Virus record (IMG/VR): IMGVR_UViG_3300042305_001483 | Origin: a virus | DNA length: 64,000 bases | Direction: 5' to 3' (one strand) | Shown: positions 28,406-38,436 of the stretch, piece after piece | How the letters are laid out: each line of letters opens with the position of its first letter | How positions within the stretch are numbered: position 1 is the stretch's first letter | Translations under genes and position numbers: made by a program | Notes under the pieces: generated by a model | Told to the model about the DNA's origin: nothing | The model's database searches: none | Seen by the model: only the letters and a program-made list of their open reading frames with translations

Positions 28406-28852
28406 ATGAATAAATTTATAGAAAAACTTTTTGGTATTGATAAAATCAAAGCAGAAACTGAAGCAAACATTCGTGCAGCAGAAGAAGCCAAAAAACAAGC
28501 AGAAGAAGCAATCGCCGCTGCTGAAACCGCAAAAGAAACAGAACGTTTAGCCAAATTAAGTCCAAAAGAGTTAGCAACAGAACGAAAAGAACCCTGGGTT
28601 GCGGTTTTAGATACCCATGTAAATAAAGATAATCTCAGAAACGGTTTTTTTGAACTTGACTGGAATGAATATTTTGTGTTATCGTTACGTGAATCTGGTT
28701 ACACCGGAGAAACTGAAGAAGCAGTAGTAGATCAATGGTTTCAGGAACTATGTAAAAACATAGGATCAGAATCCGGTGTTAACATGGAAAGAAGAGGAAG
28801 TGGCTATGTCAATCGAGCACTTCGTGATGATGGTATGACTGAGGTTTATTAA
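28406..28852 (+). CDS. Hypothetical protein (start moved to ATG 28406)
   Basis: MNKFIEKLFG..., coiled-coil segment, GFFELDWN motif. Confidence 0.7.
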   Translation: MNKFIEKLFGIDKIKAETEANIRAAEEAKKQAEEAIAAAETAKETERLAKLSPKELATERKEPWVAVLDTHVNKDNLRNGFFELDWNEYFVLSLRESGYTGETEEAVVDQWFQELCKNIGSESGVNMERRGSGYVNRALRDDGMTEVY

Positions 28853-29838
28853 TGGCTACATATATTCTTGTCGATACTGCTAATACTTTTTTTAGAGCAC
28901 GCCATGTTGTTAGAGGCAGTCTCGAAGATAAAGTGGGCATGAGTCTCCATACTGTATTTGGTAGTATTAGAAAAGCATGGAGAGATTTTAACGGCGATCA
29001 TGTTGTCTTTTTCCTAGAAGGGAGATCATGGCGTAAAGATTTTTACGAACCCTATAAAAGGCAGCGTTCAGAAGCAAGAGCAGCACTATCTCCTAGAGAA
29101 GCAGAAGAAGATCGTACCTTTTGGGAAACATTTGATCAATTTAAAGATTTTGTTATCAACAAGACAAACTGCACAGTATTGCATAATCAGCAACTAGAAG
29201 CAGACGATCTTATTGCTGGCTGGATTCGTTTTCATCCTAAAGATACACACATTATCATCAGTACAGACGGCGATTTCGCGCAATTAATTGCACCGAATGT
29301 AAAACAATATAATGGTGTAACTGGAGTTACTACTACACATGAAGGATACTTCGACGAAAAAAATCGCCCTGTTGTAGATAAAAAAACAAAGCAAATTAAA
29401 CCGGCTCCGGATCCCGAATGGTTACTTTTTGAAAAATGTATGAGGGGTGACACTAGCGATAACATTTTTAGTGCGTATCCGGGTGTAAGAGAAAAAGGAA
29501 CAAAGAATAAAGTTGGTCTAAGAGATGCGTTTGCAGATAGAAACAGCAAAGGATGGGCATGGAACAATCTCATGCTACAGAAATGGATTGATCACGAAGG
29601 GGTTGAGCATCGTGTGCTAGACGATTACTATCGCAATGTTAAACTTTGTGACCTTAAGGCCCAGCCTGATGATATTCAGAAAATCATCGACGATACCATT
29701 ATTGCAAATAAAAATTCAAAAAATGTTGAACAGGTGGGGATTAGACTTTTGAAGTTCTGTTCAACATATGATCTTCAAAAAATTAGTGAGCAAATACAAA
29801 GTTATTCAGAACCGTTGAATGCGAGGTATACCACATGA
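28852..29838 (+). CDS. rnh: T4 RNase H-like 5'-3' exonuclease / flap nuclease
   Basis: ILVDTAN, SWRK..Y..YK, EADDLIA, STDGDF.QL, GDTSDNI. Confidence 0.92.
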   Translation: MATYILVDTANTFFRARHVVRGSLEDKVGMSLHTVFGSIRKAWRDFNGDHVVFFLEGRSWRKDFYEPYKRQRSEARAALSPREAEEDRTFWETFDQFKDFVINKTNCTVLHNQQLEADDLIAGWIRFHPKDTHIIISTDGDFAQLIAPNVKQYNGVTGVTTTHEGYFDEKNRPVVDKKTKQIKPAPDPEWLLFEKCMRGDTSDNIFSAYPGVREKGTKNKVGLRDAFADRNSKGWAWNNLMLQKWIDHEGVEHRVLDDYYRNVKLCDLKAQPDDIQKIIDDTIIANKNSKNVEQVGIRLLKFCSTYDLQKISEQIQSYSEPLNARYTT

Positions 29839-30302
29839 TTATTTCAAAAAATATTGTCCCAAACAAAGAATGGATTTTAGAAGACGAACAAGGAAAAATT
29901 GGATCTATTTCAAAAAAGAAAAAAGGTTACGACTTTCTTAGAAAAGGTCAAAAATTTGAATTTAAAAATCTAAACGAAATCAAAAAAGAGTTAGGAATAC
30001 AAACATTAGAAAATTCTAACCCTTCTCCTTGTGTAGAAGAAAAGTACGAAATTTACGACTATCCGTGTAGTTCCAAACCGTTTAATCCTTTATACAACAT
30101 ACGAAAAAAATTACCGTTATTTTCTAAAAGCAATAAAAGTAAAAGCCAATATTGTGCAGGATATTATTTGGTAAAATTTAGAAAAGGATGGGTAAAAAGT
30201 TTTTGTCCAAAATTAATTACTATAGAACGATATCAGCATCACGGTCCATTTAAAACAGATACTGATACAAAACTATTTTTAAACAAAATTAATAAAATAT
30301 GA
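29835..30302 (+). CDS. Hypothetical protein
   Basis: Coupled ORF. Confidence 0.7.
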   Translation: MIISKNIVPNKEWILEDEQGKIGSISKKKKGYDFLRKGQKFEFKNLNEIKKELGIQTLENSNPSPCVEEKYEIYDYPCSSKPFNPLYNIRKKLPLFSKSNKSKSQYCAGYYLVKFRKGWVKSFCPKLITIERYQHHGPFKTDTDTKLFLNKINKI

Positions 30303-30520
30303 AACATCTAAATACTTTACCAATTGAAGATTTTTTAGATAAAGCAAGGATTGCTATTAAATCAAATCAAAAATCAATCACTTTAACTTTGCAAGAAGTT
30401 ATCAATTTACAAAGTAGTTTAGCAATTGTAATGACAAAATTAGCAGGTGATTTAGATCAAAAAGCATCGACTCCTACACCTAGTATGGTCCAAATAAAAA
30501 TGGACGGCGGAAAATTCTAA
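30299..30520 (+). CDS. Hypothetical protein
   Basis: Coupled ORF ending MDGGKF. Confidence 0.65.
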   Translation: MKHLNTLPIEDFLDKARIAIKSNQKSITLTLQEVINLQSSLAIVMTKLAGDLDQKASTPTPSMVQIKMDGGKF

Positions 30521-30530
30521 TTATACATAA

Positions 30531-30565
30531 TAAATATACACGTACTTTTTGGAGATACGTGTATA
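30531..30565 (+). promoter_or_regulatory. Late promoter TAAATA (30531-30536) overlapping a 10 bp hairpin that encloses the GGAG SD
   Basis: TATACACGTA (30535-30544) / TACGTGTATA (30556-30565). Confidence 0.7.
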
Positions 30566-30567
30566 CT

Positions 30568-30867
30568 ATGAGCCGCCCAAAACCAAAAATTTTATTAGAG
30601 ATTGTAAATAAGAAAAATTATAAAACAGATCAAGTTTTAGAATCCGATGCCATTTGGGCTGTTTTTTACAAAGGTAAACCAATAAATTTAAAAACTTCAA
30701 GTTTGTTAGGGGAATCTACGGGTCCAAAATACAAAAAAGTTAGTTTTTCAAATAGTGGTCATGCCTTCAATTTGGCTGAAAAATTAAATAAAATATTTGA
30801 TACAGACGAGTTTTCTGTTTATAAGTTAACTACTGGTCAAAAAATTAATAATGAATCCGAAATTTAA
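30568..30867 (+). CDS. Hypothetical late protein (alternative GTG start at 30559)
   Basis: MSRPKPKILLE...KYKKVSFSNSGHAFNLAEKLN. Confidence 0.7.
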   Translation: MSRPKPKILLEIVNKKNYKTDQVLESDAIWAVFYKGKPINLKTSSLLGESTGPKYKKVSFSNSGHAFNLAEKLNKIFDTDEFSVYKLTTGQKINNESEI

Positions 30868-31249
30868 TATAACCACACTAATAGCAAAAATTTTAAATCT
30901 TCCCTGTGACGAAAAAAATATAAAAAAATATACTCGAGTATGGTGGGTAAACCCAAGAGACAAACGAACTGGAGGTCTTCAACTTACCGAAAAAGGGTTT
31001 GAAGTATTCCAAAAGTCAAATATAAAACACTACGAAATAGTATTAGAATCTCCAATTATATACACAAACAGTATGATAGTTTGGTTAGACAACAAAATAG
31101 ATTGTCCTTACTTTTTAACTAATAAAAAAATATTTGTATTTGGTGAAAAAACTGCTGTCCAATTGTTATTGTTTTCCGGAGACTTAAACAAAATGAAACG
31201 GGCTCAAGACAGATTTCAGCAAAAAGTCCTTGACAATTCGTTGCGGTGA
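30851..31249 (+). CDS. Hypothetical protein
   Basis: Coupled ORF. Confidence 0.7.
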   Translation: MNPKFNITTLIAKILNLPCDEKNIKKYTRVWWVNPRDKRTGGLQLTEKGFEVFQKSNIKHYEIVLESPIIYTNSMIVWLDNKIDCPYFLTNKKIFVFGEKTAVQLLLFSGDLNKMKRAQDRFQQKVLDNSLR

Positions 31250-31258
31250 CGCTAATAT
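31230..31258 (+). promoter_or_regulatory. Sigma70-type promoter
   Basis: TTGACA-17 nt-TAATAT. Confidence 0.65.
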
Positions 31259-31291
31259 AATAAAACAAACTTAAACTTTAGAAGGTGTTTT

Positions 31292-32377
31292 ATGGCAAAA
31301 GAAGCAATGTCTGCTAACAGAACTGTCAGCCCTAACGAAGCAAAATTTGCTCTTCGTAAGGCTATTAAAAAGCAACGTCCAATTTTCATGTGGGGTCCTC
31401 CAGGTATTGGTAAATCTGATATTATTAAACAACTCGGAGACGAACAAGGTCGTGAAGTTGTCGACGTTAGATTAAGTCTATGGGAACCTACTGACATTAA
31501 GGGCATTCCTTATTACAACAGTCAATTGAACTCTATGAGTTGGGCTCCTCCTGCAGAACTTCCTACTGATCCAGAATCTACTGCTATTCTATTCCTAGAC
31601 GAACTCAACTCTGCGGCTCCTGCTACTCAGGCTGCTGCTTATCAACTAATTTTGAACCGTAGAGTTGGAACATATGTTTTGCCAAAAGGCGTGGCAATTG
31701 TTGCTGCCGGAAATAGAGAAACTGACAAAGGTGTTACATATCGTATGCCTGCACCGCTGGCTAATAGATTTGTTCATATCGAACTTCGTGTTGATTTTGA
31801 TGATTGGCACCAATGGGCTGTTATGAATCGTCTGCATGAACAAGTTGTTGGTTACATCGGCTTTGCCAAGCAAGATCTTTACGATTTTGATCCAAGGAGC
31901 GCCAGTAAGGCTTTTGCTACTCCTCGTTCTTGGAGTTTTGTTAGTGAACTTCTCGAAGACGACGACGTTAGCGAAAATACATTAACCGATCTTGTAGCAG
32001 GTGCTATTGGAGAAGGGCTTGCTGTTAAGTTTATGGCTCACCGTAAGGTTGCCAAACAAATGCCTAAGCCCGAAGATATCCTTAAAGGTAAAGTTAAAAA
32101 GTTCGAAATTAAAGAAATTTCTGCAATGTATTCTTTGACCATTAGTCTTTGCTACGAACTACAAGAAGCAGACAAGAAAAAAGTCATTGAGTGGGACGAA
32201 ATGGCTGATAATTTCTTTGGATTTATGATGAACAATTTCCCAACTGAACTTGTTGTTATGGGTGCTAAGGTTGCTTTAACTAATTATCAACTTCCGTTTG
32301 ATGCTAGCAAACTAAGCAATTTTGATAAATTCCACGACAAATACGGAAAATATATTATCCAAGCAATGGAAGGTTAA
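31292..32377 (+). CDS. MoxR-like AAA+ ATPase
   Basis: Walker A GPPGIGKS, Walker B LFLDELN, AAGN, PLANRF, TPRSW. Confidence 0.92.
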   Translation: MAKEAMSANRTVSPNEAKFALRKAIKKQRPIFMWGPPGIGKSDIIKQLGDEQGREVVDVRLSLWEPTDIKGIPYYNSQLNSMSWAPPAELPTDPESTAILFLDELNSAAPATQAAAYQLILNRRVGTYVLPKGVAIVAAGNRETDKGVTYRMPAPLANRFVHIELRVDFDDWHQWAVMNRLHEQVVGYIGFAKQDLYDFDPRSASKAFATPRSWSFVSELLEDDDVSENTLTDLVAGAIGEGLAVKFMAHRKVAKQMPKPEDILKGKVKKFEIKEISAMYSLTISLCYELQEADKKKVIEWDEMADNFFGFMMNNFPTELVVMGAKVALTNYQLPFDASKLSNFDKFHDKYGKYIIQAMEG

Positions 32378-32403
32378 TAAAAAGGCCCTGCAGGGCCTTT
32401 TTA
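32378..32403. terminator. Intrinsic terminator (perfect palindrome)
   Basis: TAAAAAGGCCCTGCAGGGCCTTTTTA. Confidence 0.85.
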
Positions 32404-32404
32404 A

Positions 32405-32433
32405 TTGACTTTAAATAAAAAAACTTATATAAT
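32405..32433 (+). promoter_or_regulatory. Sigma70-type early promoter
   Basis: TTGACT-17 nt-TATAAT, then AGGAG SD. Confidence 0.8.
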
Positions 32434-32458
32434 GTATTATGTCTAACAGGAGAAATTT

Positions 32459-33712
32459 ATGTCGTCAGTGATGAAACAAGAACGCCAAAAAAATCAAGAT
32501 TGGGTCGGAAAAAAATTTAATGAATCTGAAAAAGCAAAAATTCTTGATAAACTAATTACTGCTCGTGTGGGATTGTTGCTTCGCCATCCCTTTTTTGGTA
32601 ATTTGGCCACTCGCATGAAATTAGTAGATGCCAGTGACTGGTGTCCAACGCTGGCTACTGACGGTCGCAATTTTTACTTTAATTACGGGTTTGTTAATAA
32701 ATTGACTCCAAAAGAATGCGAATTTGGTTTCGCACACGAAGTACTTCATAATGTGTTTGACCATATTGGACGTCGCGAAGGAAGAGATCCTCGACTGTCT
32801 AATATTGCCGCAGACTTTGCAGTTAATCAAATTCTTGTAGATGAAAAAATTGGAAGTGTTCCGAAATGGATACAAATTTTTCAACTTGACAAATATCGAG
32901 GAAAGGCCTACGAAGAAATTTATTCAGACCTTTACGATAATGCTGAAAAAATTAATATCGACGAACTTGGAGAATTGCTAGACGAACATTTAGACGGTGA
33001 GGGCGACGACGGAGATGGAGATGATGGCAATGACGGAAAAGGTAAACGTCCAAAATTGACTCCAGAAGAACGTAAAGCAATTAGAGACGAAATTAAAGAA
33101 GCAATGGTAGCAGCCGCGCAAAGTGCAGGCGCTGGTAGGGTTCCAGCAGGTGTTGCTCGCCTTATTAAAGACTTTACTGAGCCGAAGATGGATTGGAGAC
33201 AATTACTTCGAATGAATATTCAAAGTATTCTAAAAAGTAATTTTAGTTTTGCCCGTCCAAATCGTAAAAGTCAACATTCAGGTGCTATCCTTCCGGGCAT
33301 GATGAACGAAGAAACTATCGATGTTTCTGTTGCTATTGATATGTCTGGAAGTATTTCAGACGTCCAAGCAAAAGATTTTATCAGCGAAGTAAAAGGAATC
33401 ATGGATGAATACGTAGATTTTAAACTGGATATTTGGTGCTTTGATACCGAAGTTTATAACTATGCAAAATTCACTGGTGATAACGCAGATGAAATTGTTT
33501 CTTATGAAGTTAAAGGCGGGGGCGGAACTGACTTTGAAGCAAACTGGGGGTTTATGAAGAACGAAAACATCACTCCCAAAAAATTCATTATGTTTACTGA
33601 CGGCTATCCTTGTGGAAGTTGGGGTGACGAAGATTACTGCGATACCCTTTTTGTAATTCACGGAAACGAATCTATTATTGCTCCATTTGGTCAAACTGCA
33701 TATTATAAATAA
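32459..33712 (+). CDS. HEXXH metallopeptidase-like + VWA domain protein (DUF2201-like), partner of the MoxR ATPase
   Basis: TLATDG, AHEVLH, MIDAS DMSGS, GGGGTDF, FTDG. Confidence 0.88.
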   Translation: MSSVMKQERQKNQDWVGKKFNESEKAKILDKLITARVGLLLRHPFFGNLATRMKLVDASDWCPTLATDGRNFYFNYGFVNKLTPKECEFGFAHEVLHNVFDHIGRREGRDPRLSNIAADFAVNQILVDEKIGSVPKWIQIFQLDKYRGKAYEEIYSDLYDNAEKINIDELGELLDEHLDGEGDDGDGDDGNDGKGKRPKLTPEERKAIRDEIKEAMVAAAQSAGAGRVPAGVARLIKDFTEPKMDWRQLLRMNIQSILKSNFSFARPNRKSQHSGAILPGMMNEETIDVSVAIDMSGSISDVQAKDFISEVKGIMDEYVDFKLDIWCFDTEVYNYAKFTGDNADEIVSYEVKGGGGTDFEANWGFMKNENITPKKFIMFTDGYPCGSWGDEDYCDTLFVIHGNESIIAPFGQTAYYK

Positions 33713-33728
33713 ACTAGGTATATTATGC
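33698..33728 (+). promoter_or_regulatory. Exact T4 late promoter TATAAATA (33704-33711) inside a hairpin covering the ATG at 33725
   Basis: GCATATTATA/TATATTATGC, 9 of 10 positions paired. Confidence 0.6.
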
Positions 33729-34012
33729 CATTAAATAGGGGAAAAATAAATCCATTAAATGTTCTGGGTTTAAGAAAACTATCTTTTATCCCAGAACATT
33801 TTTCTAAAATATCTATTGATCACAAAACAGATATCAAATTATTAGAACACTGGATTGAATATAACTTAAATAGCAGATATGGTATTCAACAGAGATTTAG
33901 CATAGATGATGACAGAAAAATGATCAATGTAATTGATATTGGATTAGAAGATCCGAGAGAATTAACTATGCTTACTGTAGGTTGTCAATACATACATAAA
34001 AAAAGGAACTAA
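33725..34012 (+). CDS. Hypothetical protein
   Basis: ORF after late promoter. Confidence 0.65.
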   Translation: MPLNRGKINPLNVLGLRKLSFIPEHFSKISIDHKTDIKLLEHWIEYNLNSRYGIQQRFSIDDDRKMINVIDIGLEDPRELTMLTVGCQYIHKKRN

Positions 34013-34013
34013 A

Positions 34014-34238
34014 ATGGAAAATTTAGATAATACAAAAAATACACCAGAAAATAAAACACCAGATTTAACAATTGCAGATCTTACAAATTTAAGAGCAGTG
34101 GTTGATGTTGCAGTAAGACGAGGTGCATTTAGTGCATCAGAAATTTCCGGTGTTGGTTCTGTCTATGATAAACTTAATGCATTTTTAAACGCATTACAGC
34201 AACCTAAGTCAGAAGAACCAAATAAAGCACCACAATAA
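34014..34238 (+). CDS. Hypothetical protein
   Basis: AAGGA SD; LTIADL..L..VVDVA.RRGAF motif. Confidence 0.7.
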   Translation: MENLDNTKNTPENKTPDLTIADLTNLRAVVDVAVRRGAFSASEISGVGSVYDKLNAFLNALQQPKSEEPNKAPQ

Positions 34239-34248
34239 GGAGAAATAA

Positions 34249-34854
34249 ATGAAACATGTGGGAAAAATGAAAAACAATGCAGCAAGAGTTGCAGTTGTTT
34301 TTAGAACATTGCCCGGAGAAGCAAATAATGCATTAGTAGTAGGAACTTCCGGACTTCCTGATGCATATCACGACTCTCTAATGAGTCTTATTGAAAGTGA
34401 CACAGGTCAACAAGCAAATGAATTAGCAGATGTATTAGCGTCCCGTCGTTTTCCAGATGGGGAAATAATGCTTCAATGGCTACATTCAAGAGGGCAACTG
34501 AAAAAGGTTCCCACTAGTTTAGTTTTAATGACTCCTAATACTCAAACTGCGATTCCATTGGACCAAGTAAATCAGGCTATTGCAGAAAGTAAAGGAATTC
34601 GTGTTGAAGATCTAGCAGTAGGTGAAAATTTAACCGCAGTTGAATCAAAAACTACTGAAACCAAACCAACTCGTCAACGAGAAGAAATCATCGTCGATAC
34701 TACGGAAACTACAACTCAAGACTCACCTATTACACCTTCCGATCTTAGATCGATGGCTGACAAACTGTTTAAAGAAGCGCAGGCTCTTAGGAGAAAAGCA
34801 GACGAGATTGATCCGCCTGCAAAAAAAACAAAGACAGTTAAAGCGGAAGCATGA
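34249..34854 (+). CDS. Hypothetical protein
   Basis: AAGGAG SD; 201 aa. Confidence 0.75.
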   Translation: MKHVGKMKNNAARVAVVFRTLPGEANNALVVGTSGLPDAYHDSLMSLIESDTGQQANELADVLASRRFPDGEIMLQWLHSRGQLKKVPTSLVLMTPNTQTAIPLDQVNQAIAESKGIRVEDLAVGENLTAVESKTTETKPTRQREEIIVDTTETTTQDSPITPSDLRSMADKLFKEAQALRRKADEIDPPAKKTKTVKAEA

Positions 34855-35333
34855 TCAACTGTATAGTTGCAGTAGAACGCAACCAGGGCATTGGATTTGA
34901 AGGTCAAATGCCCTGGCCTCGCCTTACCGGCGACATGCGTTGGTTCAGAGAACAAACTACTGATCAAATTGTTATTATGGGTCGAAAAACTTGGGATAGT
35001 ATTGGTGCAAAAATTTTGCCTAATAGAATTAACTTAGTGTTAAGTAGATCTAAAATTAAAGGTCCAGATTTTTGTTCAGACGACCCAGATAGACTTTTAC
35101 AGTACTCTAGAATGTTTTATCCTTTTAAAGAAATTTTTATCATCGGCGGAAGTGCCGTTTATCAGCATTATCTTGATATTGTAGATCGATTTTACGTTAC
35201 AGAAATTGATGCAGATTATAAGTGTGATACATTCTTTGATTTAAATTATGTTCGAGAAAACTTTACAAAAATAAAAGAACATGCTACATTTAATGAACCA
35301 ATCAAATACACAATAAAAGAATATAATTTATGA
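34851..35333 (+). CDS. folA: Dihydrofolate reductase
   Basis: GIGFEGQMPW, DMRWF, IMGRKTWDS, LPNRIN, IIGGS, CDTFF. Confidence 0.96.
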   Translation: MINCIVAVERNQGIGFEGQMPWPRLTGDMRWFREQTTDQIVIMGRKTWDSIGAKILPNRINLVLSRSKIKGPDFCSDDPDRLLQYSRMFYPFKEIFIIGGSAVYQHYLDIVDRFYVTEIDADYKCDTFFDLNYVRENFTKIKEHATFNEPIKYTIKEYNL

Positions 35334-36214
35334 AACATCAAGAATTTGTATATCTAAACGCATTGAAAGATATTTTAGAGAACGGCGAACATAGGCCGGA
35401 CAGAACCGGCACAGGAACTATTAGTAAATTTGGTGTTCCGATGCGTTTTAATTTAGAAAACGAGTTTCCCGCAATCACAACTAAAAAATTAGCGTGGAAA
35501 TCAGTAGTTAGCGAACTACTGTGGTTTATTGAAGGCAGTGGCGACGAAAACAGATTGAAAGAAATTCTCCATGGTGAACGATATATCGATAAAAAAACTA
35601 TCTGGACTGAAAATGCCAATGCACCATATTGGGTTGAAAAAAGATTAAAACGGCATGCCGGAGATCTTGGAAGAATATATGGAGTTCAATGGCGGAAATG
35701 GCGACAACCACTAATTCGAATTAACAAAGTCATTTTACAAAATTTAGATCAATTGCAAAATTTAATTGACGGTATTAAAAAAGATCCATACGGTCGGCGC
35801 CATATAATCACTGCATGGAATCCAGGAGAACTAGACTTAATGGCATTGCCTCCATGTCATATGATGGCACAATTTTATGTAGCAAATGGGAAACTTAGTT
35901 GCCAAATGTATCAGCGTTCAGCAGATATGTTCTTAGGTGTTCCGTTTAATATTGCATCATATGCTTTGTTTACACATATGATTGCTCAAGTTACTAATTT
36001 AAAAGTAGGAGAATTAATTGTTGTGTTAGGAGATGCACACATCTATGAAAATCATATAGAGCAGGTAAAAGAACAACTTACAAGAAATCCTTTACCATTT
36101 CCTACACTGAGTTTAAATTCAGAGATTAAAGATATCAATAAGTTTACAATGGACGATGTACAGTTGTTAAATTATAACAGCCACGATACCATTAAAGCAC
36201 AGATGGCTGTTTAA
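35330..36214 (+). CDS. thyA: Thymidylate synthase
   Basis: DRTGTGT, ELLWF, MALPPCH, YQRSADMFLGVPFN, GDAHIY. Confidence 0.97.
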   Translation: MKHQEFVYLNALKDILENGEHRPDRTGTGTISKFGVPMRFNLENEFPAITTKKLAWKSVVSELLWFIEGSGDENRLKEILHGERYIDKKTIWTENANAPYWVEKRLKRHAGDLGRIYGVQWRKWRQPLIRINKVILQNLDQLQNLIDGIKKDPYGRRHIITAWNPGELDLMALPPCHMMAQFYVANGKLSCQMYQRSADMFLGVPFNIASYALFTHMIAQVTNLKVGELIVVLGDAHIYENHIEQVKEQLTRNPLPFPTLSLNSEIKDINKFTMDDVQLLNYNSHDTIKAQMAV

Positions 36215-37467
36215 ATTAAAATTTCAATTAATCCCTTTATTCCAGAATAGTCAACCAAAGATTTTCCTAAAACTGCATTTGGGTTATCACCCTGTCTATA
36301 TGCCTCTGCATATCCAGGATAAGAACTAGTAACTAACAGTTCACCTTTTTTAATAGGTCCAATTACTTTACAAAAAACTCTGCCCCTTAATGCAACATAA
36401 GGATGTGTTTTATCATCTCCTGCTGCTGCATTCATCATATAAGCAGGATTTTTAGAAATAACCCCTGCAACTGAGGTATCTGCTCTGTTGTGTGTTTCAG
36501 TTATTTCTTTTTTCCCACCTATTACTACCACAGTTCCAACATCGTATGATTGATCTGTTTCATATCTTTCTGCTAGGTCTGCATAATAAGCACTGGTCGC
36601 AACTCCCCTAAATAAAACAGAATTTACAGATCTTTCAGTAGGGTTATAGAAAAACGTAGATGTAGAATATATTTCTGTTGCTTTTAAAACTGAAGTAGAA
36701 GTATTAACGTATGGAATTGGAAAATTTCCTGTTGGTGGAGAAATTTTCATAGTTAACCCAATCGCCGAGGTTGCTGTATTTGCTTCTACAGCATGGCGTG
36801 CTGAACCCCAAAAATAATTCCCAGAAGATTCAGAATTTCCAGTAATTGCATCTGCACCAATTAATGTAATTCCTTTTGATACTTTAGTTACAGAAAAATT
36901 ATTATATATAGGATACTTAGGAAACGGAGATTCAGTTGCAAGGTCAACTGTAAAAGTCTCGGCTGATGCAACGGCAATAACTTCATTATTAATCCCCACT
37001 ACCGCCTTAATCATATATTTTTTAGCACGATCTTCTGCGCTGTCTTCGATGTCCCCCCTCCACTGTGCTCTAGTATCAGCACCGCTAGGAGGACCGATTA
37101 ACCCAAATTCTGATCCATTAAATGCGTATAGTTGTTCTTCAAATGTATTATACCAAAGATCTCCAATTTTTGGCTGTAATGGAGTATCTGTAGAATTGGT
37201 TAAATTTGCTAGAGATTTCCAACGCTCGCCATCAAACGCATTTACGTTTTTATTACTTGTATCAAACCACAGTTGACCTTCAATAGGCTTAGGTGGACTA
37301 ATAGTATTAGCAAAATTTTCTAAAAGTTTAACAAAATTTTCATTTTGCCATTCGCCATAACCTGCATAATTTCTACCAACAAAAATTAAATCTGTATTAG
37401 TATCAATTGTAGCATCTTGAACTACAGCAATTGTAGTTCCATTAGTTTTGTTTAAAATATATGGCAT
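36211..37467 (-). CDS. Tail fibre/baseplate-associated protein with C-terminal chaperone-like domain
   Basis: N-terminal GRNYAGYG..NF.KLLENFA..P..GQLW domain; YADLAERY..VALRGRV..KV.G..KKG.LLV C-terminus. Confidence 0.7.
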   Translation of the reverse strand: MPYILNKTNGTTIAVVQDATIDTNTDLIFVGRNYAGYGEWQNENFVKLLENFANTISPPKPIEGQLWFDTSNKNVNAFDGERWKSLANLTNSTDTPLQPKIGDLWYNTFEEQLYAFNGSEFGLIGPPSGADTRAQWRGDIEDSAEDRAKKYMIKAVVGINNEVIAVASAETFTVDLATESPFPKYPIYNNFSVTKVSKGITLIGADAITGNSESSGNYFWGSARHAVEANTATSAIGLTMKISPPTGNFPIPYVNTSTSVLKATEIYSTSTFFYNPTERSVNSVLFRGVATSAYYADLAERYETDQSYDVGTVVVIGGKKEITETHNRADTSVAGVISKNPAYMMNAAAGDDKTHPYVALRGRVFCKVIGPIKKGELLVTSSYPGYAEAYRQGDNPNAVLGKSLVDYSGIKGLIEILI

Positions 37468-37470
37468 ACA

Positions 37471-38436
37471 TTAATCCTGAAATACAATATTGTTGTTTAT
37501 TGTGGTATAACTATTCAAATAGTTGTCAACCGGTCTCCACAATAAAACACCACCAAAATCTTCTATTTGAAAATGTCGAATAGATATTTTTGCATTATAT
37601 TGACAAAGAACTTTTACTTCAGAACCCGCTTTAAATGTACTTGTACTAAACAAATAAGGTAAAACCTTTGTTCTCAATGCATCATTACTCGATTGAATTC
37701 TTGTGTCATTTGTAGAAGTCGATCCTGTCTGTGTATCGCCGTAAGAAGTAATATCTAAATAAGTCGTTAGATTTTTATCATATACAGTATTACCACGGAC
37801 ATACAAATCTCCCCTAATGTCAAGTGTACCTAATAATGTTACCCCGGACACTACTTCAGTAACCTGAGAAGTATTAAAATATACTGTAGAACTTGATGTC
37901 GACATATCAAATGTCGCAGTTGTTATCAATGCAGTAGGTCGACCATATGAATATAAAACTGCAACATTTTGTTCTTGATTAAAATCATTTTCTAAAATAG
38001 GAGTTGCCGGCCTATCTAAACCAAATTTTCCATATAAAGATGATACTTGCGGTCCAATAACTTTAAATTTATTTCCATCCCATATATTCAATTGACTATT
38101 GACAGTATCATACCATAAATCTCCAGTACTAGTAGAACTAAATCCGCTGTCAGAAACAGATGCACCGTCTAAAGTCTTCCATCCTGTTCCGTCCCAAACA
38201 GTCAATTTTTTTAATGTAGTGTTAAACCAAACTTGACCAACTTGCGGGCTTCTGGGTTGATTAGCCGAAGATGATGCAAAGTTTGTTAATAATCTTGTAA
38301 AATTATTATTTAAATACTGACCATAATTATTTAAATTTTGGCCGAATAAATCCAAACTAGTAGAAACAGAATCTACTTCTCCTGTCGGTAAAGTTAATAA
38401 AACTGTTCCATCATTATTATAAATTACATAGGCCAT
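37471..38436 (-). CDS. Tail fibre/baseplate-associated protein (paralogous N-terminus)
   Basis: TSLDLFGQN..YG..NF.RLL.NFA..GQVW; GDLWYDT. Confidence 0.7.
   Translation of the reverse strand: MAYVIYNNDGTVLLTLPTGEVDSVSTSLDLFGQNLNNYGQYLNNNFTRLLTNFASSSANQPRSPQVGQVWFNTTLKKLTVWDGTGWKTLDGASVSDSGFSSTSTGDLWYDTVNSQLNIWDGNKFKVIGPQVSSLYGKFGLDRPATPILENDFNQEQNVAVLYSYGRPTALITTATFDMSTSSSTVYFNTSQVTEVVSGVTLLGTLDIRGDLYVRGNTVYDKNLTTYLDITSYGDTQTGSTSTNDTRIQSSNDALRTKVLPYLFSTSTFKAGSEVKVLCQYNAKISIRHFQIEDFGGVLLWRPVDNYLNSYTTINNNIVFQD

Noticed and set aside
35330-36214. ThyA homologue as a dCMP hydroxymethylase supplying an acceptor for the glycosyltransferase
   Set aside because: It keeps the dUMP-specifying Asn (GVPFN) and sits beside DHFR, as expected for an ordinary thymidylate synthase
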